Both the position numbers and the translations under genes were made by a program. The notes beneath the pieces were generated by a model. It did not search any database. It worked only from the letters and a program-made list of their open reading frames with translations, and was not told the DNA's origin. A stretch of 64,000 nucleotides of DNA from positions 3,415,136-3,479,135 of the forward strand of contig JBNZDD010013712.1 in NCBI GenBank assembly GCA_050575255.1. Reading direction: 5' to 3'. Of this stretch, positions 14,028 through 27,100 are shown one piece after another; positions within the stretch are counted from its first letter, which is position 1; the number at the start of each line of letters is the position of its first letter. The stretch is from Harriotta raleighana. Lineage: Eukaryota.

Positions 14028-15370
14028 CAGTTAACCCTCGTCGATCGCGGGGGTTACGTTCCTGGAAAACTACGCACTCGATAAAATCATGTTGGGTAAG
14101 CTTAACAAGTAATGGGAAAAGGGGGGGTTAGGGGAATCCAGTTGCAGGCTACCCACCTCAAGCCACAGAGAACAGAGAGCCGCTATCGCCCGTGGAAAAC
14201 TATCTCCCCGCCCCCAATCCCTCTCTGCCACCGTTGAGTCATCGGGGGTGGCGGGTGGGGATGTGTGGGAGCAGAGAGCTGCTCGGGGCTGGGGGCACAG
14301 GAGCAGAGAGCTGCGAGGGGGCGAATGGGGGAGCAGAGAGCTGCTCAGTGGCGGGGAGCAGAGAGTCGCGAGGGGGGCCGTAGAGAGCCGCTCGGGCACG
14401 GGCGGGGAGCAGAGAGCCGCAGGCAGCCGGCTCCAGCTTTATNTGGCGGGTGGGGATGTGTGGGAGCAGAGAGCTGCTCAGGGCTGGGGGCACAGGAGCA
14501 GAGAGCTGCGAGGGGGCGAATGGGGGAGCAGAGAGCTGCTCAGTGGTGGGGAGCAGAGAGTCGCGAGGGGGGCCGTAGAGAGCCGCTCGGGCACGGGCGG
14601 GGAGCAGAGAATCGCAGGCAGCCGGCTCCAGCTTTATTGCTATAAAGCAATAACAAAGCAGTAAAGCAATAAAAAGAAAGCAGTAAAGCAATAAAACCAC
14701 AGCTAGGCTAAATTACTGTTCAGTCTCTGTCTCTTCTGTTTACTATGCAATACCAATAGGATGCTCCAAGGCCGAAGATNAAAGAAAGCAATAAAGCAAT
14801 AAAACCACAGCTAGGCTAAATTACTGTTCTGTTTCTGTCTCTTCTGTTTAATATGCAATACCAATAGNATGCTCCAAGGCCGAAGATTTATCTAAACCTT
14901 AGCCAAGAATGCATTGCACATGGGGCCAGCCAGCCGAGGAATCATTGGGTTTAGTCGGGATTTGTGGGCTTTGTCAAAAGTGCGCATGCGTGCGGGACCA
15001 ACCAGCTGAGAAATCATCAGATTTAGTCGGGATCGTTTGGCATCCTCACATGAGTGCATGCACGCGAAGGCCAGTCAACGGCATATACCCAAGTTTTACT
15101 CATNGGGGCCAGCCAGCCGAGGAATCATTGGGTTTAGTCGGGATTTGTGGGCTTCGTCAAAAGTGCGCATGCGTGCGGGACCAACCAGCCGAGGAATCAT
15201 CAGATTTAGTCGGGATCGTTCGGCATCCTCACATGAGTGCATGCACGCGAAGGCCAGTCAACCGCATATACCCAAGTTTTACTTATGCTGCACAAGAAAG
15301 TGATGCTTTTGTTTCGTCGCATATACTTGAATTCGCAATCGATAAAGTCGCGTTCGACGAGGGTTAACTG
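14028..15370. mobile_element. Non-autonomous Tc1/mariner Tigger/pogo-type DNA transposon (MITE), complete
   Basis: 22-bp TIRs CAGTTAACCCTCGTCGA(T/A)CGCG with one mismatch. TA lies on both sides (14026-27, 15371-72). Tigger-like subterminal GGGGGTTACGTTCC is present and there is no transposase ORF. The length is inflated by n-separated duplications. Confidence 0.88.
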
Positions 15371-15499
15371 TATTTTCCCTTCATAACAACATTCCGTATT
15401 GTATTGATGAGCTCAGGTGGTAGCACTCTAATCTCTGAGACAGAGGTTATAGGTTCAAAACCAGTGTGGGGGAATTTGGGCTCACAGTCCAGTCTGACG

Positions 15500-16847
15500 C
15501 TTTGGATTTCCTCGACAAAGCCATCTTGGACCACCACTTAATTTCCCTCAATACTCCACACACCTTCCCCCTGTTGAATCCTCCTAAATTACCTATCGCC
15601 CGGGGAAATCTATCTCCCCCCCAATCCCTCTCTGCCACCCTTGAGTTCTCCGACCTCCTTCCCCTCTGAATCTCTCTAAATGACCCTCCTCTCTATCCTT
15701 CCTCCACAGTTCCCTCCCTGCATCCTTGATTCCCCCACCCTCCTCACCTCCCGAACTGCGTCCTATTCCTGTAAATCGCCTTGCTACACCAGCCACCTCT
15801 GAACCCTTAAGGCGTAAGTGTGAGCCGCCGAATGAGCCTGGAGCAAATCAAATTTAACAGTCCACCGGCTAATCTGGATAGACCTCACCAAGACCTACAG
15901 CTCTGCTCAAGCCTCTGCCAAGTCCTCCCACTACTCTGAATTAATCTTGGAGGCCAAGNTCCTATTCCTGTAAATCGCCTTGCTACACCAGCCACCTCTG
16001 AACCTTTAAGGCGTAAGTGTGAGCCGCCGAATGAGCCTGGAGCAAATCAAATTTAACAGTCCACCGGCTAATCTGGATAGACCTCACCAAGACCTACAGC
16101 TCTGCTCAAGCCTCCGCCAAGTCCTCCCACTACTCTGAATTAATCTTGGAGGCCAAGGATAACCCCAGGCTCCTTTTCTCCACCATCAACCGTNTCAAAT
16201 TTAACAGTCCACCGGCTAATCTGGATAGACCTCACCAAGACCTACAGCTCTGCTCAAGCCTCCGCCAAGTCCTCCCACTACTCTGAATTAATCTTGGAGG
16301 CCAAGGATAAACTCAGGCTCCTTTTCTCCACCATCAACCACNGCTCCTTTTCTCCACCATCAACCGTCCCCTCTGCCCACCCTCCCATGACTCACCCATC
16401 CTATCCTCCAACTCTAACTGTGAGGAAATGCTGGATTTCCTCGAATCAAAAATGGAGGGGATCCATTCAGCCACCTCAACCCCATCCTATCCCCCAGGAT
16501 CCATTTCCCTCCCATTCCCCATTACATACCTTCCACCCTATCTTTCCCCCCCGCCTTCTCTGCTCTCCTCCGTAAAATGAAGTCCACCACCTACTCCCTT
16601 GACCCCATCCCCACCTCCCTCCTCATCTCCCAACTCCATCTCCGAGTCCCCCTCCTAACTGATGTCATCAACCTCTCCCTATCCACCAGCACCGTCCCCA
16701 CTCCTCTAAAAATTGCTGTCATCACCCCTATCTTAAAAAAATCTTCTCTCGTCCCATCCCTACTCTCTAACTATTGTCCCATCTCCAACCTCCCATTGCT
16801 CTCCAAGGCCCTGGATTGAGTCGTTTCTTCCCAGCTTTGCTCCTTCT
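15500..16847 (+). mobile_element. L2-clade LINE ORF2 fragment (endonuclease-RT linker and start of RT), degenerate
   Basis: SLDPIPTSLL...VITPILKK...SNYCPISNLPLLSKAL is the typical pre-RT motif. The strand is C-rich with frameshifts and stops, and contains n-separated duplications. Confidence 0.85.
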
Positions 16848-17692
16848 CGGGGGTTACGTTCCTGGAAAACTGGGAACTCAATAAAATTGCGTTGGGTGAG
16901 TTTAACAAATAATGGGAAAAGGGGAGTTAGGGGAATCCAGTCACAGGGTACCCACTCAAGCCTCCAGGCACATCCAAATGGAAGGTATACTGAGGCAGGC
17001 TACAGCTGGCTGGCCCTCACCTTGCTCCGCCTGACTCTCCCCGCTCTTGTTGCTCTCCACCCCACCTTCCTCCTCTCATCTCTCCTGCTACCCAGGAAGT
17101 GAGAAAATCAGGGGGAGCCCGGGAAGCAGGCAGAGAGAAATTGGGGAGAGCGACGGGCGGTGGAGGGGAGCAGCGAGCCTTGGGGAGGTGAAGAAAAGAG
17201 AGCCGCTCAGGGGCGGTGGGGGGGGGCAGAGAGCCGCAGTCAGTCGGGATGGGAGACGCAGAAATGTTACACTATAAAGCGATAACAAAGCAATAAAGCA
17301 ATAAAAAAAACAATAAAACAACAGCTAGGCTAAATTACTATTAGGAGACTCTCTCTCTCTCTTTTTGTCTCTTCTGTTTAACATGGAATGCCATAGGATG
17401 CTCCGAGGCCGAAGAGTTATTGTATTTACCCAAGAATGCATTGTGTCGGGATCTGCCGGCCTCGTCAAAAGTGCGTATGCTGGTTCCGAGCATGTGAGCA
17501 GGACCAGCCAGCCAAGGAATCATCGGATTTAATCAGGAGCTATTGGCGTGATCACCCGTGCGCCTGCGTGCGGGGTCCAGCCAGCGCGTATACACAAGTT
17601 TTACTTGCGCTGCACAAAAAGGGGATGCTTTTGTTTCATTGTGGATACTTGAATTCGCAATCGATAAAGTCGTGTTCGACGAGGATTAACTG
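16848..17692. mobile_element. Second copy of the same Tigger-type MITE, left TIR deleted
   Basis: Starts at CGGGGGTTACGTTCCTGGAAAAC, shares subterminal blocks with 14028-15370, and ends ...TTCGACGAGGATTAACTG|TA. Confidence 0.85.
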
Positions 17693-18899
17693 TATATTTT
17701 GAGGGCTCATTTGTAAGTACTGTAAGTACTTGACTGTGTGCGCACGATTAGTGGGAGGAGACACTGCAAATGTAGCTAAATACAGATGGTACTGATCTTT
17801 TTTTAATTTTAATGAAGAGGATGTGGTGTTGTTTTGAGAAGAGTGCGTGCTGCATATCGCTGACTTACACTGCAGGGAACAAGCACTGCATTCAGCCTGG
17901 ACCACAGTGTAATACATGCACTCAGCACTCACTTCTTTTGGTGACAGTTTCAATGTGTGAGAAATTCTGAGATTTCATAGAGATGTAGAAATAAATATAT
18001 AGGAATAGAAAATACTATTGCAGGCAATGTTAAAAGAAAGCAAATAATCTGGCCCTCTACCTCTCATACGTATACGTATTGGACAAATAGCTTTGTAATT
18101 CCCTTATGAATTTGATGCGGGTTCTCTCTCTGCCTTCAAAAATCAGCTAAGAATTTCCTATCTCTTTGACTGTGGCTTTGATTAACATCCTGAAATTCGC
18201 TGCACCTTGCAGCACTTATCCTGTGTGAAAAGATGCATTTCGATAACAAATATCCAATAGAAGTAATAATTTTCTTGTTGTTTTTATCGTGACTAATTCA
18301 ATGTATGTTGAAGTGCACTTGAGTGGAAATCTGTGTGATCAAATCATCTTAAAAACGCAGGTCAAAGTCTCAATGTGTAAATAGCACAAATTGATCAGCC
18401 CGTGCAATAAATTGCTCCAAGGTACGTCCTCACACCTCAAACAAGGTAGGTACAGGTATTTGCAGATAAGAAAGTGAGTGAGTGAGTTGAGGCATGCACA
18501 CAGGGCTTCAGCTGACTCAGACTTGACTGTGCACATTGGTAACTGAGCTCCACCCCACTTCACTTCTTTCTCAAATTGTCATGTCACATTTTGTCAGGAT
18601 GTGTGCAGCCCTCAACATTCACCACACCAGGAAAGCAAAGCAAAATCTGCCGTTGTACTCCCAGTCAGTTATCCGCCTTATATCCCCAAACTGGGTAAAG
18701 TCTGTGCAAGGATTCCTGCAGCTGTGAACATTTTTTGGCAGGTAAATAACTGAGGATTCTTTGTCACAAACAGTATTCGGAAAGGAATTCTTAGTCTTGG
18801 TGACAGACCATGAACAGTACAGTGGGAGCACTGTATGGGAGAGGAGCGAGTTTCTTGTTGTGTGTTGTGGCTGTGTAATTTGTCTCAGAGGTAATGCTG

Positions 18900-19176
18900 C
18901 ATTAGCAGACTTTTGTTTCTCATGTGGGGTTTAGACACGCTGTCCAGGCATGGGTGCATAAGGGAGTGTCTTCATGCAGATTACACAGGCGCTGGCTGGG
19001 GATTTCACAGCAGGGTAACCTGAGAAGCTGACTTCAGATCATTCTCTCAGACATTTTCAGAGTGAGCTCCTTCTGTTGTAGCCCACATCACACTCAGCTC
19101 GCCATTGTGTAGTACTGTATAAGGTACATGAGCAAAAAGCTGCGCAGAAACCTGCGAGAAGGCAACCATGTCTGGG
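18900..19176 (+). other. Candidate upstream (5' UTR) exon or promoter-proximal region of PRAG1
   Basis: A stretch with no repeats I recognise, ending in a good donor GGG|gtaagg at 19176/19177. The ATG-bearing exon at 23831 has an acceptor, so an upstream exon is expected. The start coordinate is a guess. Confidence 0.4.
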
Positions 19177-20478
19177 GTAAGGATTTATAACTTTATTAAA
19201 GGAGGTTGGAACTTTAAAAGTATATATTTTTGTTACTGTTTATCAGCCTCTGGTGACAAGTTTAGAACATGTGTCACTTGATATGTTATTTGTGGGGCTT
19301 TGTATTCAATCTAATGACTGAAATGCTTGTGCTACGTATAATTTCACAGCAAAGGAGCATTGTTTGTTTGCAGGTTGTGAGACCTTCCCTTGTGTAAATT
19401 ACAGGCTGGGTGGACCTCTTTAGTCATTTTCCTCAATGTTATACATCACATAAGGTACAAATCCTTGGAGTTCAAAGGTATAACTTAGAGTGGCAGATCA
19501 TAAATACCTTCTGATTACAACAATGCAAATATTACAGTGGAAATGGAGAAAGTCCACTGGCTCTAGGTTTCCTGTGTCTAGCCAGCATGTATTAGTGTCC
19601 AGCGTTTGACAAATTGGTTGAATTCAGTTTTGACCCTGAAGCTGTTTTTCTGCAGCTCTTAAAGCTGGCTTCAAAATTAAGACTGTATTCAAGAACTTCA
19701 AGAACTCTGGCACTCAGTAACCTTAACATAAATACAGTAAATGTGGAGTCAGGTGGTATTTTTCTGCACTAGTTTATTTTCCCATTCATCCCCTGTCCAT
19801 GACTATTGCCTTATGAACTGGGACCTCTCTTATAAGAGCATTAATAGTGTATTACCTTATTTTGAGTGTTTGTATTTGAACTTTTTTTAAGATCAGTTTG
19901 TGTGGGTATTTTATTGAAATAGAATGGGTTGAGTGGGAGGGGGGGGGCAGAATCAGCCAAAGCCTGATCTCCTCAAAGTGAGGAGGATACCAGCTCACTT
20001 TCTCCATTCATCGCTTGAAATGCCTGTCAGTGACTTGAAGGTGGGGGTGGGTTGTGGTGGAAGGGATTAAACAGCTTAGTCACTGGGCACATTGTCTTTC
20101 AGTCGGTCAGTAACTGATTCAGGGGGTCTCAGTTCAATGCAGGGTAAGTGAGGCCCGGAGACAATGCGATGCATTCTTTCATCTGAATGAATGATGGAGC
20201 TGTGCTTGGCACAGGCATTCTGTTTTAATTTTGATTCAATCACCCGTTTGAGACAGATTTATCTGTGCAGACTTGAACCATAGCGAATTTGAAGGAATTT
20301 AGGAGTTCTGTGGGATTGTACCGCTATTTGTGACTTGCCATATAGGTCGCGACTTAAAAGTTTTTGCAGCATTTTAGGCCTGAGCCACGTTTTCCGCCAC
20401 AGACCTGTTGGGGTTGTGGGCGGCCAATGGTATCAAGTTGAGATGAGCTGCTTTCATCTTCTCCCCAAGTCCCACAAG

Positions 20479-20832
20479 TGGAGTCTCTGGAGCTTAGTGG
20501 TGAGAGCAGTCGTTTTGCAAGCAATAGGACTTCAGTTCAATTACCGAGCAAGGGGAATCTCTGGGCACATTTCCTTACTCCACACACTGCTGTTTGCCTA
20601 GTAGTAAGGGTTGTTAGTCGATTCGTGAATCACTTTTCTGGGGATAATCCTCCTAAAAGAAATTTGGTCACTCAATCCATGACTGTTTATGGGACATTGC
20701 TGTGCACAGTTGGCTGCTACGTTTCGCGCACAAAATAAACAGTCAATTCACCTTACAGTGGATTCTAAGAAGCGTTTTGATACGCCTCAAAGACATGATA
20801 AGGTACTATATCAAATGTAAGAATTATTATTA
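20479..20832 (+). mobile_element. Same SINE family, full length
   Basis: Head, core and tail are all present. Confidence 0.82.
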
Positions 20833-23800
20833 AGTCTTCAGATCCTCTGCAGCACAACAGACCCCAGCAAAAGTTGAAATGTGAGGAGTTTTGTTGGGGG
20901 GGAAGGGGGAACAGAGGGCAATATTTTTAGCTCTGAATGTATTGGTCTGATGACGAAAAGCAGCTGCTGTTCCCCTTCAGATATCTTGTCAGATCTGAAA
21001 CAATGACTGTCCAGAGCCTTGGGACGTGAAAAGCGCTATACAAGTGTAATGTTGTTGTTATAGGCTGGGCCTATTATTTTAATGTATTTATTAATCGAGA
21101 GAAATGTGACTTTTCTATTATGCAAGACCATCTTGCAGCCCTGGGCAGTGCTATGGATTCAATGAGGAAATCAGTGTGTCCACCATAGATGGGGCTAGGC
21201 TGGAGATCCTCTGCACTAGACATGTTAGCACTTCCTCATCCAGGAATGTGAACCGCTGAATTTGCACATCAGTGTACAAACTAAATCATACAGTATAATT
21301 GATGATAAGTACACACTGCCTGGCTTACCAGTGAGATTCTCTTTTGTCTCGGTTAGCCGGGTGTCTGACACATTGCAAACCCCTAACCATGCTTAGCAGT
21401 ATTCAAACTAAACTGAGAGTTTCACACATCCCACCTACACATGGGAATTCCCAGGTTCTCCCCAGAGAGACGTACCCAGCTTGCCTAATTTCAGAGAGTA
21501 TTGATATAGATTGGCTTGGAGACCTGAGAGAGTGCGTTGGGGGTATCTGCTGGAGATGAACCAGATAAAACCGCATAGCTCGCCAATGATACGATTGTCT
21601 GGCAAGTGTCCCATTGCTTGTCTACCAACGTTCACTCTACATTAGGGCTTTGTCTTGGAAGGGCAATAGGAGTTGAGTGGAAAGAATCCCTGTACCAGTC
21701 TTGGAGGTTTGTCCCTGCATATTCTGCAAATAAGCCAGGTTGGGCTGTGCTGGCAATGGCGGTGACAGTGACCCTGAAACTATGGACCCGCCTGGCTTAG
21801 GAACCAGACATCTAAGACTGTCACAGAGGATTGACTTGAATCTGATATTCCATTGCAAAGCATGTCACCTTGGAACCAGCTCAGCTTCAAGGAGACCCAA
21901 CATAACCTTGCTCCCCACCCCTCCACGTTGGAAGTAGGAAGAGACTTTCTCCAAAGTGGCGTCACCACCAAAACATTGCCCTTTGCCCCTGCAAAGTCAA
22001 CCGTCAGTGCCTGGGACTCTGCTGAGCATGACCGTGGAGTTATGCTGAGTTACAATCAAGTCAACATTTTCATAACCCAACAATCCTGGTTTAGAAAGTG
22101 TTAGCTTGGGGGGGTGGATGGGGGTGTCTATCATAATGGACCTGCTAAATATAGCGATCATTTATCTTGTCTTTATACTGTTAACAGGATGTTCTAAATT
22201 AAAAATAGGTATTTGTAGCCATCAGTGATTGGTAGTCAATTTTGGGTTTAAAATTCTAGTACTGTACCTCACAAGAAAGGAAGACATTTGGAATAAATCT
22301 GCATTAAAATTTCTTAAGGTATCTGTGAACTTGTTGCTATGAGAGGAACACAGTGTAGGTTGAGTTTCTATGCTTTTTTAGAAACAAAATAAATGAGATA
22401 GTCACAGCTACAATCAAACTGAAAACACCAAACATTTTTGTTAGTAATGCATGTTTGACATTAAGGTGAACAATTCTTAGGATTTAAAAAATGATTGCTG
22501 TAAATGTTGGAGGTAAGGATTCCACAACACTTTGGAGAGGGTTATGTTTTTCTCACTATCCTGGTCAATAATGCTCCAGATAATGTGGTCATTCACCTCA
22601 TTGTTATTTGTGCTCAAACGCTCTGAGATGCTACTTTGTGTGAAGGATGCTATATAAATGCAAGTTGTTGTTGTTGTGGACCATTCCTGTGCACAAAATG
22701 ACTGATGTGCTTGCCTACAAAGATACTCACTAGATATGATACTGCTGTAAAACTATTTTGAATGTTTTTATAATAAAAAGAACAATTCACATGTATATAC
22801 AGATGAAACAGTAATCTGTAACAAATCAGATATTATCATAACCAAATAGATTGTACATGTATTATTATTGATTTTAGCTATCCTAAGTGATTACCTAAGA
22901 AACAAGGATCTAGGGAAGAGCAGGAAATATATTGATGTACGAAATTGAATGCGGATGTATGCGGCAAAAAACAAACATAGTTCCTATAATAATTGGTGCA
23001 ACTGGGACTGCTAATAAGTTTATTTAGAAATGGCTTGACAACATACCCGGTGAATAAGATATCAACTTCTTGTAAACAGTAGCTATTTTGGGAAGTTCAA
23101 ACATACCAAGGAAAGTAACAGCCATCCATATGTAACTTGGCAGTGTTATTGGTCTGGCTGACCCATCACTGAAAACTGCTTAGAAAATAAGTCTACAGAG
23201 TCCTTTAGAGTGATTTATTACCTTTGTAATAGCATAATAGTAATAATGATAATACTGTCATTTGATAAGTGCATTTTCATGTCATTGAGATGTCTCAACG
23301 TGTTTCGCAGAATAAAATTGTAAAGTGTGTATTTTGTGGGGCCAATCAATGTTTTTTTCGGCATATAAGATAGTCTCAAAGTCAAGTTCTTTTTTAAAAT
23401 ATATCAAACAGGCACAAAATCACAAAAGGGTTAGTAATTTATGGTTTTATATATAATAATAATTCTTACGTTTTATAGAGTGCCTTATCACATCATTAGA
23501 TGTCTCAAAGCACTTCACAGTTTAGTGTGAAGTTTAGTGGGAAGCTTAGCCTGAAAGCTACTCTTTTCTACATGTACAGTATAATTATAAATAGAAGATA
23601 GTTTCCATTTTTTTCACAGGCTGCAGCTTGTACTTTGCTGCTTTTTTTTGAGCACTGAATTCCTCACCAATGTCAACTAGTGGCCAGTAATGCAAACTAT
23701 TTAGTCTCACCTGTTACACGGATGAGTCCCTTTCATTTGAAGGGTATAAATATTTAGGTATCTTTATAACAAATGTGCTGTAAGATTTAATTGCCCAAAT

Positions 23801-23947
23801 AAACATTACTGAAGGATATTTTCTTTGCAGGGGTGGTGTACAACTGGCGTGAAGGTACTGACACATTTAAGATAAGACTACAACATGAGAGACAGTGAGC
23901 CTTGTGCTGCTCATGGTCCAGATTGACACGAACAGTAAGCTCTCAAA

Positions 23948-24238
23948 ATGTCTCTTTGCAATGATTTTTCTGAACATGTTTGGAAGCCGGGCTCCTGCAA
24001 AAACTGCTTCAAATCAAGAGGTTCCCACAAGCTACAGACAGCGACTGGCAGCAGCAAAATAGCTACACACACCACAAATGTCTTTAGAAACAACAGTGAC
24101 AAGACTCTCTTGGATGAAGATTATGCTCTGGCTCCATCTCACTCCAAACCCACTATAGCAGTCAAGCCAACTCTAATGAACTCTGACGGTGCTGCTGACA
24201 TGTGGGCAGACGTGAATATGAATTCAGAAGGGCAGCAG
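23948..24238 (+). CDS. PRAG1: PRAG1 (Pragmin/SgK223) coding exon 1
   Basis: MSLCNDFSEHVWKPGSCKNCF...SKPTIAVKPTLM matches the conserved PEAK-family N-terminus. ATG context is aaaATG. The exon acceptor ttctttgcag ends at 23830 and the donor is CAG|gtactg, phase 0. Confidence 0.95.
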
Positions 24239-25629
24239 GTACTGTACATGTTGAATGTGCTTATTAATGTCAGGCCATAAGATGACTTGGGATTTGTACA
24301 ACCTGAAAGTCAATGGGCTAACAACAACCTCTGGATCTCATCACGGCCAGTGTTTTGCTTTCACTTCATCTCTTGCCTGAAAAAAAAGATTCCGAAAAAT
24401 ATGGACATAGGGTCATTAAGTACTAATGCTGGCCGTTGAAATTATTTTCAAAAGCAAATTATTTGGTATTGAATTCTGCAATTCCAAATGCTAATTGTGC
24501 AGACAGTAGTGCATTTAAACCCCCCCCAAATAGTTCTACCGTCAGCAAGGCTGAGAACAAATCAGCCAAAGAGACAAATAAAATTACTGTAAAAAGAGAC
24601 CCTGACTATCCCTGTAACTAGGCAGTTTAATTCTATTATTTGAAAGGATTTTCACAGACTGTACCCCTTGACCAGTTAGATCATTATAAATCAAAATGAA
24701 CTATGGGGACATTGTAAAGAGTGTAGCTACATGTCTCCATTACTACAATGGGAACACTATCACTGTGTATGTGAGGGTCTGAATGCTGCCACTCTTCTGT
24801 CAGATACAGGACTGATGAAATTAACTGGGGATTGCTGTTCACACACTGTTTAGTGTTCACAGATTAGTTCGATTCTTAATATTGGCCCTGATTGTTAATT
24901 GTAGGAAATGTTTTCACATTTGTTTTCCACACTTCTGCAGTTGTCACTTTATTCTGGGGTCTCACCCAGTCGCTCTCCAGTAATCTGCTCGTATCTGAGT
25001 TCCCAATATGAATTGATTCAGGGACCTCATGATGTCAAAATCTCTCAGAAGAGTCTCAAGCTCCTTAGACATTGCTCCTCCGTTGGGATTATCGGCTCTT
25101 TCCCTTGTATACAATTGTGCTATGGCAATCCTTGTCCTTTCTTTGTGATCCTTCCAGTAGTCTTCTTGTTTCCCTTAAAGAAACAAAACAAGTATTTTGT
25201 AGTGCCCTGTCCTGTTGAAACATCTAAATATGCTGAGGTAATTACTCACAAGTGTAAAGGTTGTGTCTGTCGGCAATTTGGCAACCATTTGCATACAGCA
25301 AGGTTCCATAAGTAGCCTTGAGGTAAATAAGCAGTTAAGCTAAAGGGTAAGTTAATTATTCTTGGCACAATGTGGGCCATGAAAGAGTTTGAACATGGTA
25401 CACATGTGAGGGATGTGCAGTGAATGAACAGTTCACCTGGAGCACTGTGGGCCAGGACACTGGAAGAAACTCCCTTCTTATTTTGAAAGCCATGAAGAAC
25501 ACAGAGACAGGGTCTTGGTTTAATATCTTATCCGAAGCAATGAGCTCTAATACTTTCCTTCCTCGACAATTCATTGGAATGTCAATTGAGTGTGTCCCTC
25601 GTTGTCACAATAGTCTTCAATTACTGACC

Positions 25630-26090
25630 TGGACCAAAGGCCGTATCACCATCTCACCAGTTCTGGCCAAGCTTCATTGGCTCCCCATCACCAAACGGAT
25701 TGAGTTTGAGGCTCCTCACACTTGTGTTCACATCCCTTCACTCCCTGGCACCTCATTATCTCTCCGACCTCCTCACTTCCCGATCCACCAGCCGGTGCCT
25801 CCACATGATTGACATTGACCTCCTGCTTGTCCCTCGCATCCTCCACTCCCACCATTGGAGGTTGGGAGTGCTATCAACCACTATGTCACAAACTCTGAAA
25901 CACTCTCCCTCAATTCCTCCACCTTGCCCCCCCTCTCTCCCATCTTTTCAAGTCACCTGAAACCCTTCCTTTTCGTCTGTGATTATAGTCCCCACTCCCC
26001 ATGCCCCCGCCCTTTAGCTTGGAATCAGGCTCTGCCACTGTTAAGCACTCTGAGATGCCGCCCAGGTATATAAATGTAAGTTGTTGTTGA
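25630..26090 (+). mobile_element. L2 LINE 3' end
   Basis: ISPVLAKLHWLPITKRIEF and LAPHYLSDLL are L2 ORF2 C-terminal motifs; tail TATAAATGTAAGTTGTTGTTG. Confidence 0.85.
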
Positions 26091-26563
26091 TATAGTCTAC
26101 AACAGAAGTACAGGCCATATTATTACCCTCTTGTTGGGTATTTTTATTCATTCTATTCATTCATCTATTTAAGTATAATTTACATCCATCCTTGCACACC
26201 ACCTAACTATTCAGACATGCAACAAAGCAAAAATCTTCCTCTACGCCTCTCTAATAATTGGTTAGCTTCTGAATTTGACACGAGTGGAAACACTTCACTG
26301 ACATTTCATTTTATTGACGTAACCTCCTGACGCCATCAGCTGTTGGTGGGATATGGTTCACTTGAGCCCTGGATTGGATTCTCCCATCCCAAGTGAGAGG
26401 TGCTGTCGATATTTGTAGTGGCCCATGGTTGCTGAGCTAACTGTATGGTTGTGTATCTTTTTGGGTGTCACCTTAACTCAGTTTTTTAATCACTATGGTT
26501 GGCTTGTTAACATATTAGTCAGTATGTCTAGTCAATCGGAGCTCTTTGTTCAGTTTTAACTTG

Positions 26564-26852
26564 TGGAGTCCTGTAGCTAAGTGATTAGAGCATTTGCTTC
26601 GTAATTAAGAGATCTGGGTTTGATTTCCGGCAGGGTGAAACCTTGGGCAAGTTTCTTTACTCCGCACGCCTAATAATTCCTAAAAAAAAAAGTGTGTCAT
26701 TTCAATTCACGACTGTTTATGGGAAACTGCTGTGTGTAATTTGCTGCCGAGTTTCACCCACAAATATACAATCAATTCACATAACAGTATATTCTGTGAA
26801 GTGCTTTGAGATGTCTAGGACATGAAAAGTGCTAAATCAAATGCATGTATTA
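26564..26852 (+). mobile_element. Same SINE family, full length
   Basis: Head TGGAGTCCTGTAGCT, core and tail present. Confidence 0.85.
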
Positions 26853-27100
26853 ATAATAATAATCCTTGTGCAGTATTTGATATAGCGCATTTCACATCTT
26901 CCAAACATCCCAAAGCGCTTCACAGAATACACTGTAAAGTGAATTGACTGCAGATTTCTGGGTGAAACGCAGCAGCCAATTGCGCACAGCAGGGTCCAAA
27001 AAAGAATCATGGATTGAGTGAACACCCAATTATAATTTCTTTAAAAAAAGGATTATTATTCCCGGAAAAATGATCTGCCAAATGACTAACAACCGGCTTG
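26853..27100 (-). mobile_element. Same SINE family, tail-to-tail with the preceding copy
   Basis: Tail and core on the - strand directly abutting the + copy. Confidence 0.82.

Noticed and set aside
14248-14664. Repetitive GC-rich ORFs (126-153 aa) and a CRISPR-like repeat-spacer look
   Set aside because: They lie inside a MITE, are doubled by an n-junction and contain X. The repeats are too short and irregular for CRISPR, the context is eukaryotic, and there are no cas genes.
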